Shown: positions 17,421 to 27,601 of the stretch, piece by piece
Numbering within the stretch: position 1 is the stretch's first letter
Layout: each line of letters starts with the position of its first letter
Virus record (IMG/VR): IMGVR_UViG_3300033153_012477
Coordinates: 1 to 55,436 of that record
Strand: one strand, 5' to 3'
Length of the DNA: 55,436 bases
Source: a virus
Taxonomy: Duplodnaviria > Heunggongvirae > Uroviricota > Caudoviricetes
Notes under the pieces: model-generated
Told to the model about the DNA's origin: nothing
What the model saw: only the letters and a program-made list of their open reading frames with translations
Databases searched by the model: none
Position numbers and translations under genes: made by a program

Positions 17421-17703
17421 TGAAATCTAAAACTGTAGCAGTAGGTTCTTCCTCCACCAACTGAACTACATTATCTTTTTGAGTACCATACTTATTCTTA
17501 ACATAAGCGTGGTATCCTCTTGAGTCTTCGCAGTGAGAACATATCGATACTGTGACTGTTCCCTCATCCCCATCTTCTCCACCACCATAAAAGGAATGTT
17601 TTACGTAACCTTTATAATTACAGTGTTTACAACCTATTCTCTCGCTCATCTTTATCCTCGATCCTTGATTTTTTCCATCGTTTAGAGTCCCATTCTTGGA
17701 CAA
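17386..17703 (-). CDS. Zn-finger hypothetical protein
   Basis: CKHC...CSHC. Confidence 0.6.
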   Translation of the reverse strand: MSKNGTLNDGKNQGSRIKMSERIGCKHCNYKGYVKHSFYGGGEDGDEGTVTVSICSHCEDSRGYHAYVKNKYGTQKDNVVQLVEEEPTATVLDFNEFKKRKKSGE

Positions 17704-17911
17704 CCAATTTATCTCCTACATCAATATACCGAAAATTTTCTACAATCTTAACTACAGGAGCATTTAAATAATGCTCATTGTAAAAGACTCTTATGATATC
17801 CCCAACTTCCCCAAACTTGTATAAGTCATCAGCAGGTAACCTGTTTCCTTTGCTTTTACTAAAGATAGGGTTGGCAAGCTTTTGACGATTATCTTTCAAA
17901 CCAAGCCCCAT
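17627..17911 (-). CDS. Hypothetical protein (start uncertain)
   Basis: Track ORF trimmed to reduce overlap with thyX. Confidence 0.55.
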   Translation of the reverse strand: MGLGLKDNRQKLANPIFSKSKGNRLPADDLYKFGEVGDIIRVFYNEHYLNAPVVKIVENFRYIDVGDKLVVQEWDSKRWKKSRIEDKDERENRL

Positions 17912-18575
17912 ACGTTTCAGGGAAAGTAGCTTTAACCAAGTCACCTAAGATAATGGCATATTCTCTTATTTCTAACTGAGCGTGATCGTGATCTCTTAGC
18001 TCAATAAAGTTTGCTACCGCTTGAAAAGATGCGGTCCAGTATACTTCAGTGTATTGGTTGAGAGGAAGTAGAATACGTGCTTGCTCTTTAGCGACACCTA
18101 AAGCTAGTAAATCTCTATAAGCTTTTAAAATGGATTCCATAGCATTATTAAAAGTAGCGTTAGCTCCTATGTGGTCTTTGACTAATCCTTCAGAAGCTTG
18201 CTTATTGTCATCAGACTGTGCTCGCCATTCAGTTGGAAAATAATAATCTTCCACAGGTTTATAGCGTCCACTGATCTCGTTCCAAGCATGGTCTTTAGTA
18301 GGATAAGATGATGTCGTTTCTGCTCCCACAACGTGCTTATACCATTGTCTCAGTACAAATTCAGGAGCCTTAACTCTAAACTGAAGCATAATATGTCTAA
18401 AAGGAGAATGGTGCTTATGTTCTGCTAAGTAGTTCATAAGACCTTTATCTTTTTTATCAAATTCTGTTTTACGATTTCCAAAAGAAACTCTAGCTGAATT
18501 TACGACAGTCAGATCTGTCCCCAGAGTATCAATTAATTCCACTTCGCCCTTGTCTAATACCTTGACAATATCCAT
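17889..18575 (-). CDS. thyX: Flavin-dependent thymidylate synthase
   Basis: HHSPF, RQWYKH, WNEISGRY, EQARILLP, LRDHDHAQLEIR. Confidence 0.93.
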   Translation of the reverse strand: MDIVKVLDKGEVELIDTLGTDLTVVNSARVSFGNRKTEFDKKDKGLMNYLAEHKHHSPFRHIMLQFRVKAPEFVLRQWYKHVVGAETTSSYPTKDHAWNEISGRYKPVEDYYFPTEWRAQSDDNKQASEGLVKDHIGANATFNNAMESILKAYRDLLALGVAKEQARILLPLNQYTEVYWTASFQAVANFIELRDHDHAQLEIREYAIILGDLVKATFPETYGAWFER

Positions 18576-18603
18576 TACCTTTCCTTGGTTAAAAACTATA
18601 ATA

Positions 18604-19713
18604 TTAGTATCCTAAAATCTCTTTATCTTTGTCAAATAGATAAGCTATTAAAGCTACCCTAGTCCACATACCGTTTCGACACTGTCTCCAGTACATTGCT
18701 CTAGGATCCTCATCTATCTCTATAGCTACTTCATCTCTTCTTGGTAAGGGGTGCATAATAATAGAATTTGGCTTCATCAAGTTAATGTTCTCTTTAGTTA
18801 ATTTGAATCCATCGTAACTCTTTTGAGATTCACCTTTTTCGGTATCGTGTTCATCCTGGATACGAGTCATGTATACAGCGTCGGCTTCAGGAAGACACTC
18901 TTCTAGATTATCAGAATAAGAAACCTTTAAATTGCTTGATAGTAAGATAGAGGTCGTATCTATTGCGTATCCTTCTGGTAAAGTAAACAAAGCAGAACCT
19001 TTTCCTTTTGATACAAAGGAATCTAAGTATTCTTCTCTCTCTTTTTCCAAGCAATTTAATTGAAAAGCTTTAGGAGCACAAAGTGTGACCTTAACCCCTT
19101 TGTAATGGGCAAGAAGTTTAAGAAGACTCTTAACAGTTCTACCTCTCTTCAGATCTCCACAAAAAAGAATGGTCTTTCCTTCCAGACCGTCGTTATTCTT
19201 GAAGGATCTTTGAAGAGTATACATATCTAACAATGCTTGAGTGGGGTGTTCCTTTGCTCCTGAACCTGCGTTAATTATAGGTACAGGTCTTCTTGTTTTA
19301 TCAAGAAAGTCAGCACTTTCTTCTGCAAAATTTTCATCAGAAGTTCTCATAATAATCAAGTCCACATAACTAGAAAGTGTTCTTAAAGAATCTAGTTTGG
19401 ATTCCCCTTTCACTTCTGAAGACGTTGAGGTGTCTCGAACCTCTGAAGTAGACATACCTAATACCTGGCAAGCATTTTGAAAAGACATAAAAGTACGTGT
19501 AGAAGGTTGATCAAAGTACAACATAGCTCTTTTATTACCTAGTACTTTTTTTAGGTATTCAGAACCTACTGTGGTCTTAGATATAGTTCTCACTTTATTT
19601 GTTACTTTATAGAGATGCTCTAAGAAACCTATATCAAACTGATCGGCATTAAGAATGTTGTTAAGTCTGGCTTGAATATAACTAGTTGTTGTCTCCTCAT
19701 ACCGTGTCCACAT
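18604..19713 (-). CDS. pyrB: Aspartate carbamoyltransferase catalytic subunit
   Basis: PSTRT, INAGSG..EHPTQALLD, GDLKRGRTV, YMTRIQ, HPLPR. Confidence 0.92.
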   Translation of the reverse strand: MWTRYEETTTSYIQARLNNILNADQFDIGFLEHLYKVTNKVRTISKTTVGSEYLKKVLGNKRAMLYFDQPSTRTFMSFQNACQVLGMSTSEVRDTSTSSEVKGESKLDSLRTLSSYVDLIIMRTSDENFAEESADFLDKTRRPVPIINAGSGAKEHPTQALLDMYTLQRSFKNNDGLEGKTILFCGDLKRGRTVKSLLKLLAHYKGVKVTLCAPKAFQLNCLEKEREEYLDSFVSKGKGSALFTLPEGYAIDTTSILLSSNLKVSYSDNLEECLPEADAVYMTRIQDEHDTEKGESQKSYDGFKLTKENINLMKPNSIIMHPLPRRDEVAIEIDEDPRAMYWRQCRNGMWTRVALIAYLFDKDKEILGY

Positions 19714-19723
19714 AAAATCTCCT

Positions 19724-20632
19724 TTATATATTTAAAATACGCTGTTTCCGAACATCAATCTCACTGGTACACTCGTCTGATTTACAGATTAAACCCCGAC
19801 CCAACACTTCTCGCAAAGCTCTTCCATAAGAATCGTGTACGCTAAAGAATTTTCCTAAACCTTTCTTCTTGTAGTCTAAGCAGGGGTAAACATCTCCTTG
19901 AGATGATATATAAAAACAACTTTTACCGCAGTCACATCTGTAATACTTAAAGTTATTTATATTATTTGCCCATAAAAAACCTGGAGTAGTATCTTTCTCT
20001 TGAATGATACCTTCCTTCTCATACTTCAAATATATTTTTCTTGTTTTGTTTTTGTTCTGATTTAAAAACCACTTCACTTCTTCAGTTGTGAATCCTTGAT
20101 CCTTGTAATCTATTTTAAAAGGAGTGACATCTGAGCACACACTGCATATCTCTTCGTATACCTCTTGCAACATATTATAGGGAGTGTCATACATAAAAGC
20201 CACAGACACCTTAACGTTTTTAGACACCAGATATTCAATAGTCTCCAAATATTTTTTAAGATCTGTCTGACTTGGATGATAAGATGTTTCGAATTTTAGG
20301 TCAGGTCTTATCTCTAAAACTTTTTCAAAATAGCTCAACCCTTTACTCAAGTTAGTGAAAACTCCCAAGTCAATTTTAGGATCCAACTCTTCTAGTATTC
20401 TTAAAAAATCGGGATGAAGAGTAGGCTCCCCACCAAAGAGCGTTAGTATAATGTTTTTATTTTTACTAAGATCATTAATGAGCTTAAGGGTTTCCAGAGG
20501 ATAGTGGTAAGGCTCCTTGTAATGTAAAGTACAATACCTGCAATCATAGGTACAATTCCCAGTCACTTCCCAAGTAATCCCAAAGTCATTTGATTTAAGT
20601 GCTGGGCATTTATTTACTTCTAACACTTTCAT
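19724..20632 (-). CDS. Radical SAM protein with C-terminal SPASM/twitch-like Cys
   Basis: CTYDCRYC, GGEPTLHP, GDVYPC. Confidence 0.88.
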   Translation of the reverse strand: MKVLEVNKCPALKSNDFGITWEVTGNCTYDCRYCTLHYKEPYHYPLETLKLINDLSKNKNIILTLFGGEPTLHPDFLRILEELDPKIDLGVFTNLSKGLSYFEKVLEIRPDLKFETSYHPSQTDLKKYLETIEYLVSKNVKVSVAFMYDTPYNMLQEVYEEICSVCSDVTPFKIDYKDQGFTTEEVKWFLNQNKNKTRKIYLKYEKEGIIQEKDTTPGFLWANNINNFKYYRCDCGKSCFYISSQGDVYPCLDYKKKGLGKFFSVHDSYGRALREVLGRGLICKSDECTSEIDVRKQRILNI

Positions 20633-21510
20633 CGTACAACACTCATATTATCATCATAGTCACATGACGCATAGGTACATCTGGTATAACCCAATTTATA
20701 CAAGAAGTTCTTTTTAGTACCTTTGGAGAATAGGATATCTTTATGAGCATAAGCACTCATACAAGCATACAAATTTCCTGACAAATCCATTACGGCGTGG
20801 TTTTTAGTATCACAATAAAAATTCTTAAAATTATTATACCCTCTGACAATAATTTCCTGATAGCTTACTTTTTGAACAACATCCAAATCCTCAATAATCT
20901 GATGACTTGGGGTAGTGTTTTCTAAGGATCCTATCCTACTGGTGTAGAAAAAATACTCCTCACCTTGTTTGGGAGTTGGGTATATCGAAGCTTTAGGAAA
21001 CTTTTTAATAAGTGTTTCGTAGATATGCTTATCTAAGGATTTATTTGCTTCACTGATAATAAAAGAGGTTATACCTAAACAATCAGACTTTTGGATAAAC
21101 TCAAAGTTTCTCATAAATAACACTAAATCTTTCATAGAAGTTTCTGAATAAAACTCTGGAGTAAATTTCCATGAAAACTTGGTTTTAAAAGGGATCAAAG
21201 AATAGACAATATCTTTAAAAGAATCATGAGGAACCAATAGATCTGAATATATCTCAATATTAAGCTTATCTTTAAAAATACTATTAAGAGATAAAAACAA
21301 TTTTCCTAAGTTATCTGGAAGAACATGACTTCCAAATTCTGGAACCATCGGCTCTCCGCAAAATAAAATAACGTTAACTTTCCTGCCCCCTGTGTGTTCT
21401 TTTAACCAAGAAAGCTTTTTAGATAGCTCACCCGTTTTTTGGGGAGTGTTTAGGAATAGTGTTAAACCAAAACCGTCTTCATTAAGTTTAGTACATTTAA
21501 TGATATCCAA
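20629..21510 (-). CDS. Degenerate radical SAM-like protein lacking CxxxCxxC
   Basis: LFCGEP, GNLYAC and terminal CTYASC retained; no N-terminal Cys triad. Confidence 0.6.
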   Translation of the reverse strand: MDIIKCTKLNEDGFGLTLFLNTPQKTGELSKKLSWLKEHTGGRKVNVILFCGEPMVPEFGSHVLPDNLGKLFLSLNSIFKDKLNIEIYSDLLVPHDSFKDIVYSLIPFKTKFSWKFTPEFYSETSMKDLVLFMRNFEFIQKSDCLGITSFIISEANKSLDKHIYETLIKKFPKASIYPTPKQGEEYFFYTSRIGSLENTTPSHQIIEDLDVVQKVSYQEIIVRGYNNFKNFYCDTKNHAVMDLSGNLYACMSAYAHKDILFSKGTKKNFLYKLGYTRCTYASCDYDDNMSVVR

Positions 21511-21599
21511 AATGGAATCTCCTAAAAAATTCTTGATATAACGCTACCCTAACATTATTCTGTATAGGCTGTATAAATGTAAAGTTAAAAAGGATTTTT

Positions 21600-22865
21600 A
21601 TGAACAAATTTGATGTGGTAATTATAGGAACTGGTCCTGCAGGATTAGGGGCAGCTTTCCAACTAATCGAAAATGACCCAAGTCTAAAAATATTAATCTT
21701 AGATCAAGAAAAAATATGTTCTGGAGGACTATTAAACGACTGCAAACAAAACTACACCTACCCTGTTGGTTTCCCCACAGAGTATTGGGAGAAAGACGAA
21801 GCTGACGGTATGTTGCAGATAGTCAGAAAACACTTGAATCCTAAGATACTCCCTAAAGCTAATTTAGACCTGTATCAAAAAAGAGCTGAAAAAGTCAAAG
21901 TCTCTCTAATCAATATAGAGCAGGCACATGTTGGAACAGATAAAAGTAGATTTCTTATACTGGATCTAGTGACTCAGCTTATTGATAAAGGAGTCTATGT
22001 TCGACTTAATATTAAGGTTGAGTTTGTGAATAATGAAGTGAAGTATATAGACACCACTAAGATGAGCCGCATCTATTATAAAAACCTCATCATTGCTCCT
22101 GGACGTAAAGGGTTCAGCTTCTTACAAGAAGTGATGAATGAGTGTGGCGTAGAGTACATCGACAACACAGTGGATGTGGGGATTAGGATAGAAACCAAAC
22201 TTGAGAATTATCCTATTGTAAAAGACTACTATGACCCCAAGTTCTATTTCCCAAGGGGTGTAAGAACTTTCTGCACCAACTCTGGTAGAGCTTTGGTTAC
22301 AAGAGAGAAGTATAAAGACTTTGACATCGTAAACGGTCATTCCCTTTCTGATAAAGGGGATGGAGGAAATGGTTTAGTCAACTTTGCTATGTTGAAAACA
22401 ATAGGACTCAAAGACCCTGTGAGAAGCGGTCAACAAATGGCAAGCTTTTTAGCTAGACTCGCTAATGAAATTGGTGGAGGTAAACCCCTAATGCAAAGAG
22501 TGGGTGACTTCAGAGCGGGTAAAAGGTCTAAGAAGATAGATTTCAATGAGGACCTCTATGACTTCAAACCAACTTGTCCTGCCTGTCCAGGAGATCTTGG
22601 GTTAGCTGTACCCTCAAAGGTCATGAGAGATCTGTGGGCTTCTTTAAAACTGTTAGACACTATTATTCCAGGAATACTGCATCCTTCAACAATTCTTTAT
22701 TATCCAGAGATAAAAATGTATGCTAATAAACCAAAGTTCATCGACAAATATTTTAAAGTTGCTAAGAATCTTTATATGATAGGAGATGGAGCAGGAACGT
22801 CTCGTGGAATCACAGGTGCCTGGTCAAGCGGAATAAGAGCAGCAAACGGTATTATAGGGAAGTAA
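21600..22865 (+). CDS. FAD-dependent oxidoreductase
   Basis: GTGPAG Rossmann motif, VRTFCTN, VNGHS, GDGAGTSRGI. Confidence 0.85.
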   Translation: MNKFDVVIIGTGPAGLGAAFQLIENDPSLKILILDQEKICSGGLLNDCKQNYTYPVGFPTEYWEKDEADGMLQIVRKHLNPKILPKANLDLYQKRAEKVKVSLINIEQAHVGTDKSRFLILDLVTQLIDKGVYVRLNIKVEFVNNEVKYIDTTKMSRIYYKNLIIAPGRKGFSFLQEVMNECGVEYIDNTVDVGIRIETKLENYPIVKDYYDPKFYFPRGVRTFCTNSGRALVTREKYKDFDIVNGHSLSDKGDGGNGLVNFAMLKTIGLKDPVRSGQQMASFLARLANEIGGGKPLMQRVGDFRAGKRSKKIDFNEDLYDFKPTCPACPGDLGLAVPSKVMRDLWASLKLLDTIIPGILHPSTILYYPEIKMYANKPKFIDKYFKVAKNLYMIGDGAGTSRGITGAWSSGIRAANGIIGK

Positions 22866-22867
22866 TT

Positions 22868-23611
22868 ATGTACGTGATAGGAGATGTGCATGGGTGTTTT
22901 AAAACGCTCATGGCTTTAATTGATAAACTACCGACAGATGAGCAAATAATATTCACAGGAGATCTTATTGATCGAGGTCCTATGTCTAAAGAAGTTGTTC
23001 AGTGGGTAATTGATAACTCAGATAGATGTAGGAGTGTTGTTGGAAACCATGAGCAAATGTTACTGAATGCTCGCAAAAAACCAACCATGTCTAATGTTTC
23101 AATGTGGACCTGGAATGGAGGAGACGCAGCACTAAATAGTTACTTTCCCGAAACTGTTTCAAAAACTGTTTTTGACGAAACCGATGAGGAAATAGAAAAT
23201 AAGGAAGCACTCCGAATAGCTCGGAGAAGAATAGATATTCCTCAAGAACATCTTGATTTTTTTGAAAGTCTACCACAATACATAATTGAAGATAAATTAT
23301 TTATCTCTCACACCAGTTGGAACACTAAGATACCTTGGGAAAATGTTTTAGAACTTGATGACTCAAATGGGTACTTCAAAGGACTAACTTGGTACAGAGG
23401 AGTTCCTGGTAAATTACCTGACGAACTATTTCATGTGTTTGGACACACGCCTGTAGAAGAACCAGAAATATCTGATTACTACGCCAACATTGATACAGGT
23501 GCTGTTTTTGTAGATTGGGATAAGGGCGGTCAATTAACCGCCCTTCACTACCCAACTATGCAAACTTACCAACAGGAGAACCTAGATTTTCCTGATAGGT
23601 TAGTTAGCTAA
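22868..23611 (+). CDS. Metallophosphoesterase (PrpA/lambda-phosphatase-like)
   Basis: GDVHG, GDLIDRG, GNHE, GHT, DTG. Confidence 0.9.
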   Translation: MYVIGDVHGCFKTLMALIDKLPTDEQIIFTGDLIDRGPMSKEVVQWVIDNSDRCRSVVGNHEQMLLNARKKPTMSNVSMWTWNGGDAALNSYFPETVSKTVFDETDEEIENKEALRIARRRIDIPQEHLDFFESLPQYIIEDKLFISHTSWNTKIPWENVLELDDSNGYFKGLTWYRGVPGKLPDELFHVFGHTPVEEPEISDYYANIDTGAVFVDWDKGGQLTALHYPTMQTYQQENLDFPDRLVS

Positions 23612-24006
23612 TAGCTGTTGCTTCCCCAATTCTTTTTGCTTCTAGGTTTAGAATCATAATCTTGAAAACTATCATTATTATAATTACTACCCCCATTACC
23701 ATTACCGCTACGATCATTATAGCTGTTGTTATTATCTCGGCTATAATTATTATTGCTTGGCTTTTTTTTGTCTTCTGCCAAATTAACTTTCAAGTTACGA
23801 CCTTCAATTTCTTGACCGTCTAATTCAGATACAGCTTTGTTTGCGTCTTCTACAGACATTTCAACAAAACCGAAACCTCTTGATCTACCAGTCTCTCGAT
23901 CTGTGATCACTCTTGAAGAACTAACTGTTCCGACTTTTTCAAAAACTTCCTGAAGTTGCTCACTGCTCATTCCCCAGTTTAGGTTACCCACGTAGATGCT
24001 TTGCAT
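23608..24006 (-). CDS. RRM (RNP-1) RNA-binding protein with Asn/Ser-rich tail
   Basis: IYVGNL and RGFGFVEM. Confidence 0.92.
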   Translation of the reverse strand: MQSIYVGNLNWGMSSEQLQEVFEKVGTVSSSRVITDRETGRSRGFGFVEMSVEDANKAVSELDGQEIEGRNLKVNLAEDKKKPSNNNYSRDNNNSYNDRSGNGNGGSNYNNDSFQDYDSKPRSKKNWGSNSY

Positions 24007-24052
24007 TCCTTTCTCCTTGTAAAAATTTACTTTGTTGGGATTAAATTCATAT

Positions 24053-24454
24053 TTATGATAACTTTGATTTAACCAAAGTACTCACTAATCTTCCATCGAA
24101 TGGACCAACTATGTCTGCCTTAACAGCTTTCATAACCGCCCCCATATTACCTAATGCGAGGTGCTTATCCACTAGAGCAGAAATCTCTTCCTCACTCATA
24201 GCTTTAGGAATAAACTCCTCAATAATAGCTATTTCTTTTTTTAGATCTTCTAAAGCTTGATCTTTATATAAGTCCAGAGTCTTAGACATTTTTTTATGGT
24301 GACCCATAACAACTTCTAATTCTGGACTTGGTTTTTCGTTAATGTCGTTGTTCTGAAGAAGGGATTTGATATACTTTAGAGAATTTATTCTAAAACGGTC
24401 TTTACTCTTCATTGCTGACTTTATTTCTTCATTTATTCTTTCTTTAACTGACAC
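24053..24454 (-). CDS. GatB/YqeY domain protein
   Basis: IKSAMKSKD..., P..MSEEEI, MGAVMK, DGRLVS. Confidence 0.85.
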   Translation of the reverse strand: MSVKERINEEIKSAMKSKDRFRINSLKYIKSLLQNNDINEKPSPELEVVMGHHKKMSKTLDLYKDQALEDLKKEIAIIEEFIPKAMSEEEISALVDKHLALGNMGAVMKAVKADIVGPFDGRLVSTLVKSKLS

Positions 24455-24694
24455 GATTCTTCCTATTGAAATTTTTAATGTATAAATACCTTATACTAAG
24501 GTTTACAGGTATGCAAATATTTTTTTATGAAGTGCTTGCGTTTGTAACTCACTAATATGATGGGTGTTTATGGATAATAAATATGACTCTATACAGCCTA
24601 TAATTACTTTTTTGCTGATTATTCTTACCTCAATTGTACTTGGATTTTCTTATTATGCGGGATTGATCTTGTATTGCCTCGTTAAGCCTTTTAT

Positions 24695-25081
24695 TTAGCT
24701 TCCTTGAATAGAATAGAACTCATTGAAATGTTTTTCAATAGGATTTCCTTCACCTTTAAAATATATTTTAGGAACTTTCGCAGATATCTCTTCTCGATAA
24801 GTAGGTACTCTAAAAATAACATCACTCAATTCACTGAGTACCTCTGGATAAGTAATTACCTGGTTTGAAGAAAATTTATTTCTAGGGATAACGTATTTAA
24901 CAATAACGCTCTTGTTGTTCTGAGTAGCTGTTTTTATTTTTTTAACGATAGGTTCAGGATCAGACATAAGATAATTCCAACCCACTACAACACAATTAAC
25001 TTTTCCAAGTTTGTCTATTAAATGATCTGTGAGTGTTAGAATACCTAGATTTCTCTCATGTCCTATTAAACTTATAATCAT
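24695..25081 (-). CDS. Hypothetical protein
   Basis: Track ORF. Confidence 0.7.
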   Translation of the reverse strand: MIISLIGHERNLGILTLTDHLIDKLGKVNCVVVGWNYLMSDPEPIVKKIKTATQNNKSVIVKYVIPRNKFSSNQVITYPEVLSELSDVIFRVPTYREEISAKVPKIYFKGEGNPIEKHFNEFYSIQGS

Positions 25082-25103
25082 AATTCTCGCTCGTCCTATT
25101 AAG

Positions 25104-25215
25104 AAGGGGAACAGTCACTAAGGGTAAGTATTTTAAGTGCTCGTCATAGACAAACACTAGATGTCAAACCGAAGTCAGACAGAAGCATAGAAGTAACCCT
25201 TAGCTACACCACCTT
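25104..25215 (-). ncRNA. Candidate divergent Y-like RNA
   Basis: AAGG-TGGTGTA-GCTAAGGG-TTACTTC ... CCCTTAGT-GACTGTTCC-CCTT, parallel to the Y motifs at 28.6-31.1 kb; two internal hairpins, one UUCG-capped. Confidence 0.45.
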
Positions 25216-25231
25216 GTTTAAAACCCTTATA

Positions 25232-25786
25232 TTAGTTGATTATGATATAATCATTGGCTGAAAAGTGATGGTTTACTCGTAGAGTAGTGTGTTTATCTAT
25301 CTCATGCAACCTTTGAATAAAGATACCAACGGCGGCATGTTGAGTGCCTTCTTTATCAAAAATACCCGTATTTCTAGAGTCATACCAGAAGCCTTTATGC
25401 TTCTTCCACATATGACTTAAGAACTCTGGGGAGGCTTTAAAACACTGCCCAGTACCAGAAAAAAGACGCTCACTAGCAACACTCTTAGCAATAGTGTCGT
25501 GTATGAAGATAAAATTAAAGTCTAAGGTATTCACGAGATCAAAAAAAGAATCTTTTTTAATGGAGATGTCATCTTGCATAAAAAGTACTGAGCTTTTTTT
25601 ATCCCAATGATTCTTTAGGAAGTAATCATAGGCTCCCCACTCTAATCCTTCATTAGGAATCAAATAAAAAGGGACACCTTGAGTGTCCCCTTTTTTGTGC
25701 ATAATTGTAACAGCGTCGTAGTTAGCTTTAGTTAAAGAAGCATATAGAGACTTACTATAGTCCCATCCCACAACACATATTTGCAT
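25232..25786 (-). CDS. Glycosyltransferase-like protein
   Basis: NEGLEWGAY, FMQDD (DxD-like). Confidence 0.55.
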   Translation of the reverse strand: MQICVVGWDYSKSLYASLTKANYDAVTIMHKKGDTQGVPFYLIPNEGLEWGAYDYFLKNHWDKKSSVLFMQDDISIKKDSFFDLVNTLDFNFIFIHDTIAKSVASERLFSGTGQCFKASPEFLSHMWKKHKGFWYDSRNTGIFDKEGTQHAAVGIFIQRLHEIDKHTTLRVNHHFSANDYIIIN

Positions 25787-26151
25787 TACTCAGTAGCTTG
25801 TTCTTTTAGCACATCACAGAGCTTGTTAGCACCGCTTAGATCTGCTCTAACTTTCACAGGATCACAAGCAAATCTCTTAACGATTTCTGCTTCACCTAAG
25901 TCAACTAAGAAACCTGTAGCGATTGGACAAACAAAATCCAATGCCCCTTGCTCTCCAGTCTCCTCTTTACAGACACCTTTAGACGTTGGCTGAATCATAA
26001 AATCATACAACAAAGTTTTGTCACACGCCCATCTATCCGTAATCTTTTGGGCTACGATGTCAGTCCCTGTTTTCGCAAAATCACAAATTGGATTACAACC
26101 TACTAAAACAATAGACATTGCAACAATAACAACCATAAATAAATTTTTCAT
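25786..26151 (-). CDS. Cys-rich lipoprotein
   Basis: Lipobox IVLVGC plus six further Cys. Confidence 0.7.
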   Translation of the reverse strand: MKNLFMVVIVAMSIVLVGCNPICDFAKTGTDIVAQKITDRWACDKTLLYDFMIQPTSKGVCKEETGEQGALDFVCPIATGFLVDLGEAEIVKRFACDPVKVRADLSGANKLCDVLKEQATE

Positions 26152-26212
26152 TTTACACTCCTTAGAAAAATTGGTTAATAAAATCAAAGCAAAAAACCTT
26201 AAAATTAGTTGA

Positions 26213-26521
26213 TTATCTTTTTCCTATTTTGTCAACTAGTATAAAGATGAGAATCAATAAGTTAAGTGGAAAGAACATCAAGTCCCTCACTAGTTTCAGT
26301 ACTGGTTTAGTATCAATTTTCTTTTTAATCTCATCCAAATCTGTGTCGTCTAGAATTTCTCGTATACGAGGATCATACGGGTTTCTACGCTTCAGTTCTT
26401 CTATAACAGTATAAAAAGAATCTTTTAAATATTCAAAGACTTTCTCTTCCATATTAAAAATGTAATATGGGATATTAAATATACAGGAAATGATTATGTA
26501 GTTAAGCAATAGGTCGAGCAT
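26213..26521 (-). CDS. Membrane protein
   Basis: Hydrophobic termini. Confidence 0.6.
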   Translation of the reverse strand: MLDLLLNYIIISCIFNIPYYIFNMEEKVFEYLKDSFYTVIEELKRRNPYDPRIREILDDTDLDEIKKKIDTKPVLKLVRDLMFFPLNLLILIFILVDKIGKR

Positions 26522-26774
26522 GACTCACCGCCTTAGTCTCTTTGAAAGTTAAACATTTTGCTTTAAATAGAGATTTAATGAATTCTTTTTTTAATTGAGC
26601 TTCCTCCCGACTAACCGTTTGAGCTACATATACTAGGCTAAAAGGTGACTCAATTTTCACGCTATCAATCCCCTCTCTATGATCATTCATCTTTCTCCTA
26701 ATGTCCTTACAGGTTATACCGACGTATACTGTACTTTTAGGTCCCTTTATTATGTAAACATAACACATCCCCAA
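26502..26774 (-). CDS. GIY-YIG nuclease family protein
   Basis: YVYII...VYVGIT, REEAQLKE-like motif. Confidence 0.7.
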   Translation of the reverse strand: MGMCYVYIIKGPKSTVYVGITCKDIRRKMNDHREGIDSVKIESPFSLVYVAQTVSREEAQLKKEFIKSLFKAKCLTFKETKAVSHARPIA

Positions 26775-26809
26775 CTCCTTAGAGTTTTTGTCAGATAAAC
26801 CTACACAGA

Positions 26810-27595
26810 CTATATAGGTTTGGAGAAAGATCTGTAAACCTTTTTTCCAGGAAACTTAACAGCCGCTAAAGGTCTGTCAGATCTAGCCCCACATCCCACA
26901 TCGATGAAGGCTCTGTGTTTAAAGAGCCTAGGTTGTCTATGATGCTTGAATTGATGACCGCAGATATGATACTTCTCCATATGCTTTATCTTACAAAGCT
27001 TGGAGTCTTCCATTGTAAATCCCCATCGCAAATCATATAGCATAGTTTCTAAGAAATAATCTTGACTTATTTTTTTACCAAAATCTAAATGATAAGATTC
27101 CAATCCTGAACAAAGAGATCTATCTAAAGGAGCGTGAGTGCATATGTATGCATCATTCTCATAGTAGGGGATAAGTCCATCAAGAAAATCTACCACCCCT
27201 CTAGCTAGACACTCTTGAGCCAACTCTTGCACAGACAGCATAGGAACACCCCAGTGAGCTTGCATGCTGTCCCAAGTACTAAAGGTATACTTAGTCCACC
27301 AGTTCTCGCCCTGAAGAGTAGTTATAAGCATTTCTTCATGATTACCCATAATAAAAAAAGCTTGATTAGGGTATTTATTTTTAAGTTCAATAAGAAGTTC
27401 AAAAACCCTAGCTGAATTAGGACCCCTATTGCAAAGATCTCCACAAAAAACAATATGGCACTTAGGGTTATTATCTAAAAAAGGAATAACCTGTTTTAAA
27501 ATATCCTCTAGTTTTTTATCTTCACCATGAATATCTCCGACAGCTATTAATTCCTCTGCGTGGTATAATTCTTTTTCACCATATCTGAATTCCAT
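26810..27595 (-). CDS. Metallophosphoesterase
   Basis: GDIHG, GDLCNRG, GNHE, GHQ. Confidence 0.88.
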   Translation of the reverse strand: MEFRYGEKELYHAEELIAVGDIHGEDKKLEDILKQVIPFLDNNPKCHIVFCGDLCNRGPNSARVFELLIELKNKYPNQAFFIMGNHEEMLITTLQGENWWTKYTFSTWDSMQAHWGVPMLSVQELAQECLARGVVDFLDGLIPYYENDAYICTHAPLDRSLCSGLESYHLDFGKKISQDYFLETMLYDLRWGFTMEDSKLCKIKHMEKYHICGHQFKHHRQPRLFKHRAFIDVGCGARSDRPLAAVKFPGKKVYRSFSKPI

Positions 27596-27601
27596 TTCAT
27601 C

